Under the pieces are notes generated by a model. The model saw nothing but the letters and a program-made list of their open reading frames with translations, made no database searches and was not told where the DNA came from. Both the position numbers and the translations under genes were made by a program. From positions 1,167,421 through 1,231,420 of the forward strand of contig NZ_JAVKGN010000001.1 in NCBI RefSeq assembly GCF_031432215.1: 64,000 nucleotides of DNA, given 5' to 3'. The stretch comes from Halodesulfurarchaeum sp. HSR-GB (lineage in GTDB: Archaea; Halobacteriota; Halobacteria; Halobacteriales; Halobacteriaceae). Below are positions 9,603 to 18,168 of the stretch, piece after piece (the first letter of the stretch is position 1; the number at the start of each line of letters is the position of its first letter).

Positions 9603-10196
9603 ATGGATCTCGGGCCCATCGCCGACCGCGATCCGACCCTCGCCTCGAACCCGCAGCGGGCAGCAGCGGTGCTGGTTCCCGTGATCGAGGGTTCGGGCGG
9701 GCCGGAGTTGCTCTTCATCAGGCGGGCCCCGGACCTCGCGGAGCATCCCGGCGAGATGGGCTTTCCGGGCGGGGGTGCCGAACCGATCGACCGTGATCGC
9801 TGGGAAACGGCAGTGCGGGAGGCTGGCGAGGAGATCGGTCTGCAACCCACGGAGATCGAGTACGCGGGCCGGTTAGACGACGTGTCGACGACGACCGGTT
9901 ACACCATCTCGCCCTTCGTCGCCCGGGTGCCACAGCGGATCTATCAACCCGTCGATGGGGAGGTCGCGGCAATCGCGTCGCTCCCGGTTGCGGCGCTGTA
10001 CCGGACGGAGAATCACCGCTTCGAGCCCCGCGAGCATCCCGAGTACGGAACCGTCCCGGTCCATCATTTCCGGGTCGATGGGTACACGATCTGGGGCGCC
10101 ACGGCCAGGATACTCACCCAGTTGCTGTCGCTGAGCACGGACTGGACGGAACCGGAACCGCCGGCGCGGCCGCTCGGAGAACTGATCGGGGACTGA
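9603..10196 (+). CDS. NUDIX hydrolase (CoA pyrophosphatase-like)
   Basis: Nudix box GGGAEPIDRDRWETAVREAGEEIG (GX5EX7REUXEEXGU). Start chosen at the ATG (MDLGPIADR) inside the longer track ORF. Confidence 0.75.
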   Translation: MDLGPIADRDPTLASNPQRAAAVLVPVIEGSGGPELLFIRRAPDLAEHPGEMGFPGGGAEPIDRDRWETAVREAGEEIGLQPTEIEYAGRLDDVSTTTGYTISPFVARVPQRIYQPVDGEVAAIASLPVAALYRTENHRFEPREHPEYGTVPVHHFRVDGYTIWGATARILTQLLSLSTDWTEPEPPARPLGELIGD

Positions 10197-10201
10197 TCGC
10201 C

Positions 10202-10636
10202 TTACGCCGCCGTCTCGCCCGTCTCGTCCGTGTCTTCCGTGGCGGCGGTCGGGGCCTTTGGCACCGTGACGACCAGCGTTCCGTGGTCGGTCAGCGTGGC
10301 TGTTGCCCCGTCGGCGTCGATGGCGTCCTCGGGAAGCGGGACCTGTCCGTCGAGTTCCAGCCCACGTCCCGGGAACAGCATCTCGAAGCCTTCGTTAAAG
10401 GGGCGGAAACGATCGATACGGACCTCGATTGTGCCGTCGGTCACTTGGACCTGGACGTCGCTGGCCGTCGCACCGGGGGCGTCGAGGATCACGCGATACG
10501 CCGTGTCACTCTCCAGAATGTCGGCCGGGATCGGGGACTCCTCCTGGACCCGACTCGTGGCTCGGCCCACCCGTTCGAGGACTGTCTCGGGAATCGCACG
10601 CCCCACCTCACGCAGGGCTCGTGGATCGGGCTTCAT
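10202..10636 (-). CDS. Hsp20/alpha-crystallin family small heat shock protein
   Basis: Alpha-crystallin-domain-like beta-rich core, C-terminal LTDHGTLVVTVPKAP, size 144 aa. Confidence 0.8.
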   Translation of the reverse strand: MKPDPRALREVGRAIPETVLERVGRATSRVQEESPIPADILESDTAYRVILDAPGATASDVQVQVTDGTIEVRIDRFRPFNEGFEMLFPGRGLELDGQVPLPEDAIDADGATATLTDHGTLVVTVPKAPTAATEDTDETGETAA

Positions 10637-10791
10637 ACGGTGAGTTCCTCCAGCGTGTCCGTCTCCCCGCAGTACGGACAGGCGAAATCCGCGACGGTGG
10701 TGTCATCGGGCATGTCGTAGGTGTAGTGGACCTCGAACATGTCGAGTTCACAGTCCGGATTCGTGCACTTGATCTCCTTTGTCGGGGGCAT
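10633..10791 (-). CDS. Zinc-ribbon microprotein (52 aa, CxxC...CxxC), translationally coupled to Hsp20
   Basis: Not in the ORF track (shorter than 60 aa). Reads MPPTKEIKCTNPDCELDMFEVHYTYDMPDDTTVADFACPYCGETDTLEELTV. Its TGA overlaps the Hsp20 ATG (ATGA at 10633-10636). High GC3. Confidence 0.5.
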   Translation of the reverse strand: MPPTKEIKCTNPDCELDMFEVHYTYDMPDDTTVADFACPYCGETDTLEELTV

Positions 10792-10868
10792 AGCCGCCTT
10801 TGGTCGGCCGCGGGCATAAGCCCGGTGGGCCCGGTGTGCTTTTGCCGGTTGAGCGGCAAACCGACTCG

Positions 10869-12587
10869 ATGACTGCTCCCCGCGACCTGGCGGTGACCAT
10901 CGTCGACGGGTACGTCGACGAACCGGCCCACTTCGGGGTGCCCCCCTACGTCGCGACCTATCCCCGGTACACTGCCGGGGCCCTCCGGGACGCCGGCGTG
11001 CCGGCCGAGTCGATCACCTACCACACGATCGACGGCCTGCGCGAGGACAACGCCGGCTGGCGGGACGTCGAATCGGCGGATCTCCTGATCTATCTCGGCG
11101 GGATGACCGTTCCAGGGAGCTACGTCGGGGGGACCCCGGCGGAACCCGACGAGGCCAGGAAACTCGCCTGGACGGCGAATGGCACCGCGATCGCCGGCGG
11201 CCCGGTCCGCTTTGGCGTCGGCGAGCAAAACGAGGGCGGTACCGAGACGACCCGGACCGACCTCGACTTCGACTTCCTCGCGATGGCCGACGTGGAGGCC
11301 GCGGTCTACGATCTCGTCCAGAACGGTCTGGAAGGGTTTTCCGACCGCTATCGCGATCTCGACGAGGCGGATCGGTGGGCCGAACTGGGTGCGTTCGTCG
11401 TCGCCCAGCATCCGGACCACCCGGCGGGGCTCATCGCCGAAATCGAGACGGCCCGTGGGTGTGCCTTCCGCTGTTCGTTCTGCACCGAACCCATGTACGG
11501 CGACCCCTCGTTTCGCGATCCCGAAGCGATCCACGCGGAGGTCGCCGCGCTCGCCGACCGGGGGGTCAGACACTTCCGTCTGGGTCGACAGGCCGACATT
11601 TTGGCCTACGGTGGTGACGGCGAGCGGCCGAATCCGGACGCCCTGGAGACCCTGTATGCGGGGATTCGGGCGGCCGCTCCCGACCTGGAAACGCTCCACA
11701 TGGACAATATGAACCCCGTCACCATCGTGAACTATCCCGAGGCCGCCCGGGCGGCCCTGGAGGTCATCGCGACATACAACACGCCGGGCGATACGGCCGC
11801 GTTCGGTGTCGAGAGCGCCGATCCGGTGGTGCAAGCGGAGAACGATCTCCTGGTGACACCCGACGAGGCCTTCGAGGCCGTGAAGCTGGTGAACGAGGTC
11901 GGTGGCTGGCGACCGGGCGAGGACCACTCGGCCGCCCCCTCGATCGACCCCGAAGTGCCGACGCGGTTGCCGACCCTGTTGCCGGGGATCAACTTCGTCC
12001 ACGGCCTGGCCGGGGAGCGTGAGGCGACTTTCGAGCACAATCGGGCGTTTCTGGACCGCATCCTCGAATCGGGTCTGATGGTCCGCCGGATCAACATTCG
12101 CCAGGTGATGGCTTTCGAGGGTACGGAGATGGAATCGACCGGTGCGGACCTCGCAGACGCTCACAAGAAGCAGTTCAAGGCGTACCGGGCCGCCGTTCGC
12201 AAGGAGGTCGACGTGCCGATGCTCGAACGGGTCGCCCCACCGGGGACCGTGCTCCCGGACGTGCGCACCGAGTACCGTGAGGGTGAGTACACTTTCGGCC
12301 GACAGGCCGGGACGTATCCGCTCCTCGTCGGGATTCCCGGCGAGCATCCGCTGGGGGAGTTCCTCGACGTCGCCGTGGTCGATCACGGGCCCCGGTCGGT
12401 GACTGCCGTTCCCTATCCCCTGTCGATCGACGAGGCGGGGATGGACGAACTCACCGCGATTCCGGGAATCGCTTCGGCCACGGCCGGAGATATTCTCGTC
12501 GGTCGGCCCTACGAGTCACTCGAAGCGGTACCCGGGCGGGAGAAACTCGAACCGTACGTCGGGGCTACTCGAAGTCTTCCTCGATGA
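10869..12587 (+). CDS. Radical SAM protein with C-terminal helix-hairpin-helix region
   Basis: CxxxCxxC motif (TARGCAFRCSFCTEP), upstream B12-binding-like segment, C-terminal ELTAIPGIASATAGDIL HhH-like motif. Start taken at MTAPRDL. Confidence 0.8.
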   Translation: MTAPRDLAVTIVDGYVDEPAHFGVPPYVATYPRYTAGALRDAGVPAESITYHTIDGLREDNAGWRDVESADLLIYLGGMTVPGSYVGGTPAEPDEARKLAWTANGTAIAGGPVRFGVGEQNEGGTETTRTDLDFDFLAMADVEAAVYDLVQNGLEGFSDRYRDLDEADRWAELGAFVVAQHPDHPAGLIAEIETARGCAFRCSFCTEPMYGDPSFRDPEAIHAEVAALADRGVRHFRLGRQADILAYGGDGERPNPDALETLYAGIRAAAPDLETLHMDNMNPVTIVNYPEAARAALEVIATYNTPGDTAAFGVESADPVVQAENDLLVTPDEAFEAVKLVNEVGGWRPGEDHSAAPSIDPEVPTRLPTLLPGINFVHGLAGEREATFEHNRAFLDRILESGLMVRRINIRQVMAFEGTEMESTGADLADAHKKQFKAYRAAVRKEVDVPMLERVAPPGTVLPDVRTEYREGEYTFGRQAGTYPLLVGIPGEHPLGEFLDVAVVDHGPRSVTAVPYPLSIDEAGMDELTAIPGIASATAGDILVGRPYESLEAVPGREKLEPYVGATRSLPR

Positions 12588-12969
12588 CGTCCCCCACCGC
12601 GAAGTTCGACTTCACTTCGGTGATCTCGATTTTCACGCGCTCGCCCATTTCCGCACCGGGCACGATGATGACATAGCCTCGCTCGACGCGAGCGATCCCG
12701 TCGCCCTGCTTGCCGATGTCCTCGATCTCGACGTACCGGATCTCGCCCTCTTCGACCGGCGGCTGGGGTTCCGACGGGACAGTCGTCTCCGCGGACTCGC
12801 CGCCCTCACTGGGTTTGCCCCCACGGGCGATGATCGCGACACGGTAGACCGATTCGGGGTCGATCGTGCCGTTCTCGACTTCCCGCTCGGGGATCTCCAC
12901 GACGTAGCCGTCTTCGGTCGTGGTGACTTCCCCGTTGAACAGACAGAGGAGTTCATCAGAGATTTCCAT
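12565..12969 (-). CDS. TRAM domain-containing protein
   Basis: C-terminal TRAM-like beta barrel (GERVKIEITEVKSNFAVGDVIE), acidic N-terminal region. Common archaeal family. Confidence 0.7.
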   Translation of the reverse strand: MEISDELLCLFNGEVTTTEDGYVVEIPEREVENGTIDPESVYRVAIIARGGKPSEGGESAETTVPSEPQPPVEEGEIRYVEIEDIGKQGDGIARVERGYVIIVPGAEMGERVKIEITEVKSNFAVGDVIEEDFE

Positions 12970-13011
12970 GGATTCCAGCTACCCCTCCACGCGGGCCGCT
13001 ATTAGTAGTTG

Positions 13012-13662
13012 TCACCGACGGGTGCCCTCGAAGGCCGTTCCGTCCGGATACTTTGCCCCCTCCGAGTCGTGAACGATCACGCCCTCGGGATCCGGAACCG
13101 GCTGGTACTGCTCCCGGAGCGCGATGGTCTCCTCGAGTTCCCTGATCGCCCGCGTCTTGAGTCGCTCGGCCATCGAACGGGCGCGTTCGGCATCCAGCTC
13201 AGCCCCGAGTCCGGGACAGGCCGAGGCCCGGACTCGCCCGGCGCTCTCGACGGCCGCGTCCTCGGAGACGCCGGTTCCGGGCAGGGACAGGCTGAACGGG
13301 TAGGTTTGACAGAGCAGTGGTCGGGTGCCGTAGATCGAACACCTGGTCCTACCGTCCTCGCTCGTCAGAAACGTACAGTCGCCGTTCGGGGCCGTCTGCA
13401 GTGCCCACTCGAAGGTCTCACCGGTGCCGTCCTCGATCCCGAACGGCATCGGTCGCGCGATCTCCGCCCACTCGTCTCCGGTTTCGGTCTGGATCGCCCG
13501 CACCTCGTCGGGAAAGACAGTCGCGGTGTGGGGCTCCCCATCGGCGGCCGAACAGCAGCGCCCACAGCGCGTGCACTCGAATCCGATCTCCTGAAGGCTC
13601 CGGGCGATCGGCTCCGGGTCGAGTTGCCGGACGAACTCCAGGGCGGCTTCCAGACGCTCCAT
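13012..13662 (-). CDS. YkgJ-family cysteine-cluster (Fe-S/zinc) protein
   Basis: CTRCGRCCS plus CTFL...CSIYGTRPLLCQTYPF, the pattern typical of the YkgJ/UPF0153 family. Confidence 0.7.
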   Translation of the reverse strand: MERLEAALEFVRQLDPEPIARSLQEIGFECTRCGRCCSAADGEPHTATVFPDEVRAIQTETGDEWAEIARPMPFGIEDGTGETFEWALQTAPNGDCTFLTSEDGRTRCSIYGTRPLLCQTYPFSLSLPGTGVSEDAAVESAGRVRASACPGLGAELDAERARSMAERLKTRAIRELEETIALREQYQPVPDPEGVIVHDSEGAKYPDGTAFEGTRR

Positions 13663-13711
13663 GGGGTCACCACGGGCTCGCGGGGAAAAACCACTCCGAA
13701 AACGGGCCCGA

Positions 13712-13978
13712 TCAGACGTCCAGGTAGTAGACCTGCTTTCGGGCGTCCCGGAAGCTGTACCGCGAATCCACGAGTTCTGCCTCGCTCAACCGGTTGAGCG
13801 CGTACCGGACTGTCCGGTCCGGGAGCAGGGACTCTTCGGCGAGTTGGCCCTGTGAGAGGGGCTCTTCGGTTTCCAGAACTTTTGCGACCAACTTCGCGCT
13901 CGGCGGGAGCTCACGGAGCCGCTCCCGGAACTCGTCGTTCGCCTGGATCGGGGATTGGCTGGTGGCCGACGTACTCAT
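13712..13978 (-). CDS. Small winged-helix transcriptional regulator
   Basis: 88 aa, wHTH-like segment (LSQGQLAEESLLPDRTVRYALNRLSEAELV). Immediately adjacent to the AT-rich divergent promoter region. Confidence 0.55.
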   Translation of the reverse strand: MSTSATSQSPIQANDEFRERLRELPPSAKLVAKVLETEEPLSQGQLAEESLLPDRTVRYALNRLSEAELVDSRYSFRDARKQVYYLDV

Positions 13979-13989
13979 GTGTTACCCAC

Positions 13990-14060
13990 ACTGATGGTGC
14001 AAGGTAAAGGTTGTCTATACTTGTGACTATATTCCTTATATTATATTAGGTCAGATCGTC
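13990..14060. promoter_or_regulatory. AT-rich divergent promoter island between the wHTH regulator (-) and the methyltransferase/GT2 genes (+)
   Basis: tgtctatacttgtgactatattccttatattatattagg is the most AT-rich segment of the window and has several TATA-like elements on both strands. Confidence 0.45.
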
Positions 14061-14149
14061 CGCCGAACGCAGTCGGGATCGACCGCCTGTGTGCCATCTC
14101 GGTTGTTTCCAGTACGGTTTTAACTACGGGCCGGCGTGTTACTGATGAC

Positions 14150-14857
14150 GTGAAGGGACAGGAGTTCTACCAGGCCGATGCGGTCGCCGAGGCCTACGAG
14201 GACAAGCGCTTCTCGCGTGGCGGCCGCCTCATCGATCGCCGCGAGAAGGAAGCCGTACTCGAGGCCCTTTCGCCCCTGCAGGACCGGCGAATCCTCGAAA
14301 TCGCCTGCGGGACCGGTCGGTTTACCGTCATGCTCGCGGAGCGAGACGCCGACATCGTCGGCCTTGACATCTCCCAGGCGATGCTCAGTCAGGGCCGCGA
14401 GAAGGCCAAGCGGGCGGGCGTGACCGATCGCCTGGACTTCATGCGTGGCGACGCCGCCCGACTCCCCTTCCCCGACAATCACTTCGATGCCGTCTTCGCG
14501 ATGCGATTTTTCCACCTCGCGGACACGCCACAGGCGTTTCTCACAGAGATGGCCCGCGTTTCGAAGGACCTGGTCTTCTTCGACACGTTCAACGCCCGCA
14601 GCGCCCGGAGTGTCTACAACTGGGCGCTTCCGATGGGCTCGCGGCTCTACGAGGACTCGGAGGTAACAGAGCTCATCGCGGGGGCCGACCTCGAACTCGA
14701 GGCCGTGACTGATGACTTCGTCCTCCCATACGGACTTTACCGGAAGATCCCCGACTGGATGGCCGACGGCCTCCGTGATCTCGACACCGCAGCCACCGAC
14801 GGCTCGGTGGGCGAGTCCCTCGCGACCGTCTCCTACTGGACTGCGCGGCACTCCTGA
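14150..14857 (+). CDS. Class I SAM-dependent methyltransferase
   Basis: Motif I ILEIACGTGRF, D-loop VGLDIS, RLPFPDNHFDAVF. GTG start. Confidence 0.8.
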   Translation: MKGQEFYQADAVAEAYEDKRFSRGGRLIDRREKEAVLEALSPLQDRRILEIACGTGRFTVMLAERDADIVGLDISQAMLSQGREKAKRAGVTDRLDFMRGDAARLPFPDNHFDAVFAMRFFHLADTPQAFLTEMARVSKDLVFFDTFNARSARSVYNWALPMGSRLYEDSEVTELIAGADLELEAVTDDFVLPYGLYRKIPDWMADGLRDLDTAATDGSVGESLATVSYWTARHS

Positions 14858-14902
14858 TCCGAATCCGAGAGGTTTTACGCGTGTCTGTGTTTTGTCACGG
14901 GC

Positions 14903-15817
14903 ATGCGACTCTCGGTGGTGGTCCCGACGCTCAACGGCCGGTCCGAGCTTCCGGCCACGCTCACGGCCATCGCCGATCACGCCCCCGACGCGGAGGTCAT
15001 CGTCGTCAACGGCCCCTCCGCCGACGGCACCTCCGGCTACCTCTGTGGGCACGAGACCGTCGATACGTTCCTCGAACTCTCCGACCGGAACTTGAACGTC
15101 GCTCGGAACGCCGGTATTCGGGCCGCGTCGGGCGACGCGGTAGCCTTTCTCGGTCAGGACACCCAGATCGAGGCAGGCTGGCTTCAGGCCGTCCGAGCCG
15201 CGCTTGGGGCGGGGGCCGACGCGGTCACCGGCCCGATTCATCGACAGCTCGGCGCTGATGTGACGACCGAATCGCTCGAAGAAACCACCTTCGGCGATCG
15301 GACGATCCGCTTTTTCGACGGCGGAAACGTCGTCTTCGACCGGGCGGCCATCGAAGCCCTCGATGGCTTCGACGAGTATCTCACGGTCGACGCCGCCAGG
15401 GATCTGGCCCACCGGCTCGCCGCCCAGGACCGCTCGCTCGCCTGGGAGCCCGGGGCGGTGGTTCTCAGAACCGACCCCGACCCGACCGCCCAGGCCGACC
15501 CCATCGAAGCGGATCCAAAGGGCCGGTACCGGTCCCGGGGGTATCGACTCGCCAAAAACTACGGGCTCGACTGGCGCTCGGGATTGCGACTCGCCGGTGG
15601 GCTCGTGCGGGACGGCCTGGCAGCCGGCTGGGCCGCGCTTCGTGGCGAGGGGAAACCCTCGGCCTGGCTCGGACAGGGTCGGGACGCGATGACGGCCGTG
15701 GTCCGGGGGATCCAGGACGGCCTGGCCGCCAGATACGCCGATCGGACTCCACGTCGGAACCCGCACGGGGTCTCGGCCAGATACGGACGCCCCGTAACAC
15801 GCTGTGAGGACGATTAA
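14903..15817 (+). CDS. Glycosyltransferase family 2
   Basis: LSVVVPTLNGRSEL, DAEVIVVNGPSADGT, DxD-like region. GT-A fold signature. Confidence 0.8.
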   Translation: MRLSVVVPTLNGRSELPATLTAIADHAPDAEVIVVNGPSADGTSGYLCGHETVDTFLELSDRNLNVARNAGIRAASGDAVAFLGQDTQIEAGWLQAVRAALGAGADAVTGPIHRQLGADVTTESLEETTFGDRTIRFFDGGNVVFDRAAIEALDGFDEYLTVDAARDLAHRLAAQDRSLAWEPGAVVLRTDPDPTAQADPIEADPKGRYRSRGYRLAKNYGLDWRSGLRLAGGLVRDGLAAGWAALRGEGKPSAWLGQGRDAMTAVVRGIQDGLAARYADRTPRRNPHGVSARYGRPVTRCEDD

Positions 15818-16632
15818 CTGTCCTGTAGTTCCGGAAACACCCGACGCGGGTTCTTCGTGAACACCCGACCCATGATGTTCTCCGGGACGTCGAGGGTCAG
15901 CACCTCCATCACCGCAACGTTGGGGTGGACCGTCGGGCTGTGGCTGCCGAACAGCACCCGATCCGGGTGTTCCATGATCGCCCGTTCGAGCAGGTCACGG
16001 AACCGGACCGCGCTGGTGTCCAGATAGAGCGAATCCCGTCGATCCAGCAGGTCGATCGCGTCGGCCATCAACTCCCGGTCGGCTGGATACCCCCCGAAGT
16101 GGGCCAAGACGACCGGCATCGAGCGACCGAGAAGGTGTTCGTCGACCCGCTCGGGCGGAAATGCCGTGCCGCCCTCGACGAGAACCGGCAGGCCCACCTC
16201 AGCGAGGGCATCCAGGACCGCCGGGGTGGGGAGCCCATCGCGACCGGGATCGAGTTTGAACCCGAAGAACCGATCGTCGTAGGCGTACTGCTCGATGTCT
16301 TCCGCGGTGGTGTGGCCGGTGTCGGGGCTGGCGATGGTGTCCCTGAGCCGTGCGGTGACCGTGCCGGTCCCCTCACGCGGCCCGTCGAGTCTGGCGACGG
16401 CGAGGAAGGGGCGTTCGACGGCCTGCCGGGCGATGGCGTTGTTCGCCCGGAGGTAGCCACCTTCGTCGCTGACCGGCCCTGGGGCGACGATCGCCTGGGC
16501 GATCCCCGCCTGGTGGAGTTCCCGTTCGAGCCCTTCGGCGTCGATGGTCTTCCCCCGGATCGGCTGGCCCGGCCCCGGGTCCAGGCGGGCGTTCACGTCG
16601 ACGGCCTGGAACCCGTGTTCCAACTCGAGCAT
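15814..16632 (-). CDS. Amidohydrolase-family (TIM-barrel metal-dependent hydrolase) protein
   Basis: Amidohydrolase_2-like motifs (VLAHFGG, FGSHSP, GRVFTKNPRRVF). Confidence 0.65.
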   Translation of the reverse strand: MLELEHGFQAVDVNARLDPGPGQPIRGKTIDAEGLERELHQAGIAQAIVAPGPVSDEGGYLRANNAIARQAVERPFLAVARLDGPREGTGTVTARLRDTIASPDTGHTTAEDIEQYAYDDRFFGFKLDPGRDGLPTPAVLDALAEVGLPVLVEGGTAFPPERVDEHLLGRSMPVVLAHFGGYPADRELMADAIDLLDRRDSLYLDTSAVRFRDLLERAIMEHPDRVLFGSHSPTVHPNVAVMEVLTLDVPENIMGRVFTKNPRRVFPELQDS

Positions 16633-16678
16633 GTCACTCCCTCCGTGGGGGCCCCATATCGGCCTGACGGTGACTCTG

Positions 16679-17452
16679 TCAGTCAGTGGCGTTCTCCACC
16701 GGAGCGAGATAGACCGGATCGCCGGGTTCGAGGTCGAAGGCCCGGTCGCCCCGGCCTCGGTTCACCGCGAGTTCCACGTTGCCGTGACTGCCGACGGTTG
16801 CCACTCTCTCGGTCGGGGGCACCTCGGCGTAGGTTCTGGCGACTGGGGTCTGCCGGCCGTCGACGAGGATCGCGTCCCGAGAATAGCCATTGAGAAACGA
16901 GCCCGGGACGTTCGTGATCGCGTTGCCGAAATCATCGACGACCAGCACTTCTCCGATCGCTTCCGGCCCCTCGATCGTGGGCGTGGGGAACTCGACCCGT
17001 GTCACGTCCTCGACCGGGGTGAGTCCCTCGCGCTCGACGGTCGATTCGAGCCCCGAATCCTGGATATCGGCCGCGAGCGGGGCGAACACGTCCCGGCCGT
17101 GGAAGGTCGAACTCGCGGGATCGGTCGCCGAGCCAGCATAATAGGTCGGGTCCGCGGCCAGGCGCTCTGCGACCGGCACCAGAATGCCGTTGTCCGGGCC
17201 AACCAGGCGGTGGTCCCCGGCCTCGACGATCAGCACGCGGCGGTCGGTGCCCACACCCGGGTCGACCACGACCAGGTGGACGGCCGACGGGAAGTACGGA
17301 AGCACTTCGCGGAGCCAGAACGCGCCTGCCCGAGGGTCCTGTCGTGGCAGGTCGTGAGCCACGTCGACGAGGCGGGCGTCGGTCCGGGAGAGGATCACGC
17401 CCTTCATCGCGGCGGGATACGGCGAGCCGAAATCCGAGGCGAGGGTGATCAT
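16679..17452 (-). CDS. SAM hydroxide adenosyltransferase family protein (DUF62)
   Basis: N-terminal ITLASDFG and VVVDPGVG motifs characteristic of the DUF62/fluorinase-like family. ATGA overlap with nadM upstream. Confidence 0.7.
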   Translation of the reverse strand: MITLASDFGSPYPAAMKGVILSRTDARLVDVAHDLPRQDPRAGAFWLREVLPYFPSAVHLVVVDPGVGTDRRVLIVEAGDHRLVGPDNGILVPVAERLAADPTYYAGSATDPASSTFHGRDVFAPLAADIQDSGLESTVEREGLTPVEDVTRVEFPTPTIEGPEAIGEVLVVDDFGNAITNVPGSFLNGYSRDAILVDGRQTPVARTYAEVPPTERVATVGSHGNVELAVNRGRGDRAFDLEPGDPVYLAPVENATD

Positions 17453-17979
17453 TCCGGATCGGCCCGCCCGCTTTCGTCCGTGTCCGCGACGTGCTGGATG
17501 CGGGTGATGCCGTTGATCTCCTCGATCGTCGCCACCACTGGGTCCGGGAGCAGCTCACGCCAGTCCTCGTCCTGGCGCATGCGGTCGCGGATCGTGGTTC
17601 CCTCCAGCTGTTCGCGTTCGAACATGGGGGACTGGTGCACTTCGATGTTCGACTCCTCGAAGAGCCGGATCACCAGTGGGTTATTCGAGTAGGCCACGTC
17701 GAAGGTCGGGCTCATCGCCTGGACGTGACTGACCCAGACCGAGTTGCGGTTGATGTCCTCGATCGGCACCACGTAGGTGACCAGATCCAGATCGGCCAGA
17801 CACTTCGTGATCATCACCATTCGCTCCCCGGCCGTGAAGGGGTTGTCGAGGGTGTGGCTCTGATCTGCGCTCCCGATACCGACGACGAGTTCATCGACCT
17901 CCGCCGCGATCTGCTCGATCACGCGGTGATGGCCGCGGTGATAGGGCTGGAAACGGCCGATGTAGAACCCCCGTGTCAT
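17449..17979 (-). CDS. nadM: Nicotinamide-nucleotide adenylyltransferase (archaeal NMNAT)
   Basis: MTRGFYIGRFQPYHRGH nucleotidyltransferase (H/T)xGH motif. Start chosen at MTRG rather than the track ORF's upstream extension. Confidence 0.85.
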   Translation of the reverse strand: MTRGFYIGRFQPYHRGHHRVIEQIAAEVDELVVGIGSADQSHTLDNPFTAGERMVMITKCLADLDLVTYVVPIEDINRNSVWVSHVQAMSPTFDVAYSNNPLVIRLFEESNIEVHQSPMFEREQLEGTTIRDRMRQDEDWRELLPDPVVATIEEINGITRIQHVADTDESGRADPE

Positions 17980-18168
17980 TACCACCGCTTGGACAGGCAC
18001 CTACATGAATGTCGGCGATCCGGGTCCACTGCCCAGTCGTCCCGAGCCGAGTGGCAATTTCGGCGGGGAGCAGGCCTGATGGACGGATAACGCTCCGAAT
18101 CGCTGGATGGCCGAAGGGAGAAAGTATATCAATCGAGGGACCCTGTTTTCGAGCGTCGAACACATTCT

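Noticed and set aside
10608-12386. 592-aa minus-strand ORF opposite the radical SAM gene
   Set aside because: Antisense shadow frame with low-complexity R/G/P-rich translation. The radical SAM CxxxCxxC motif is on the plus strand.
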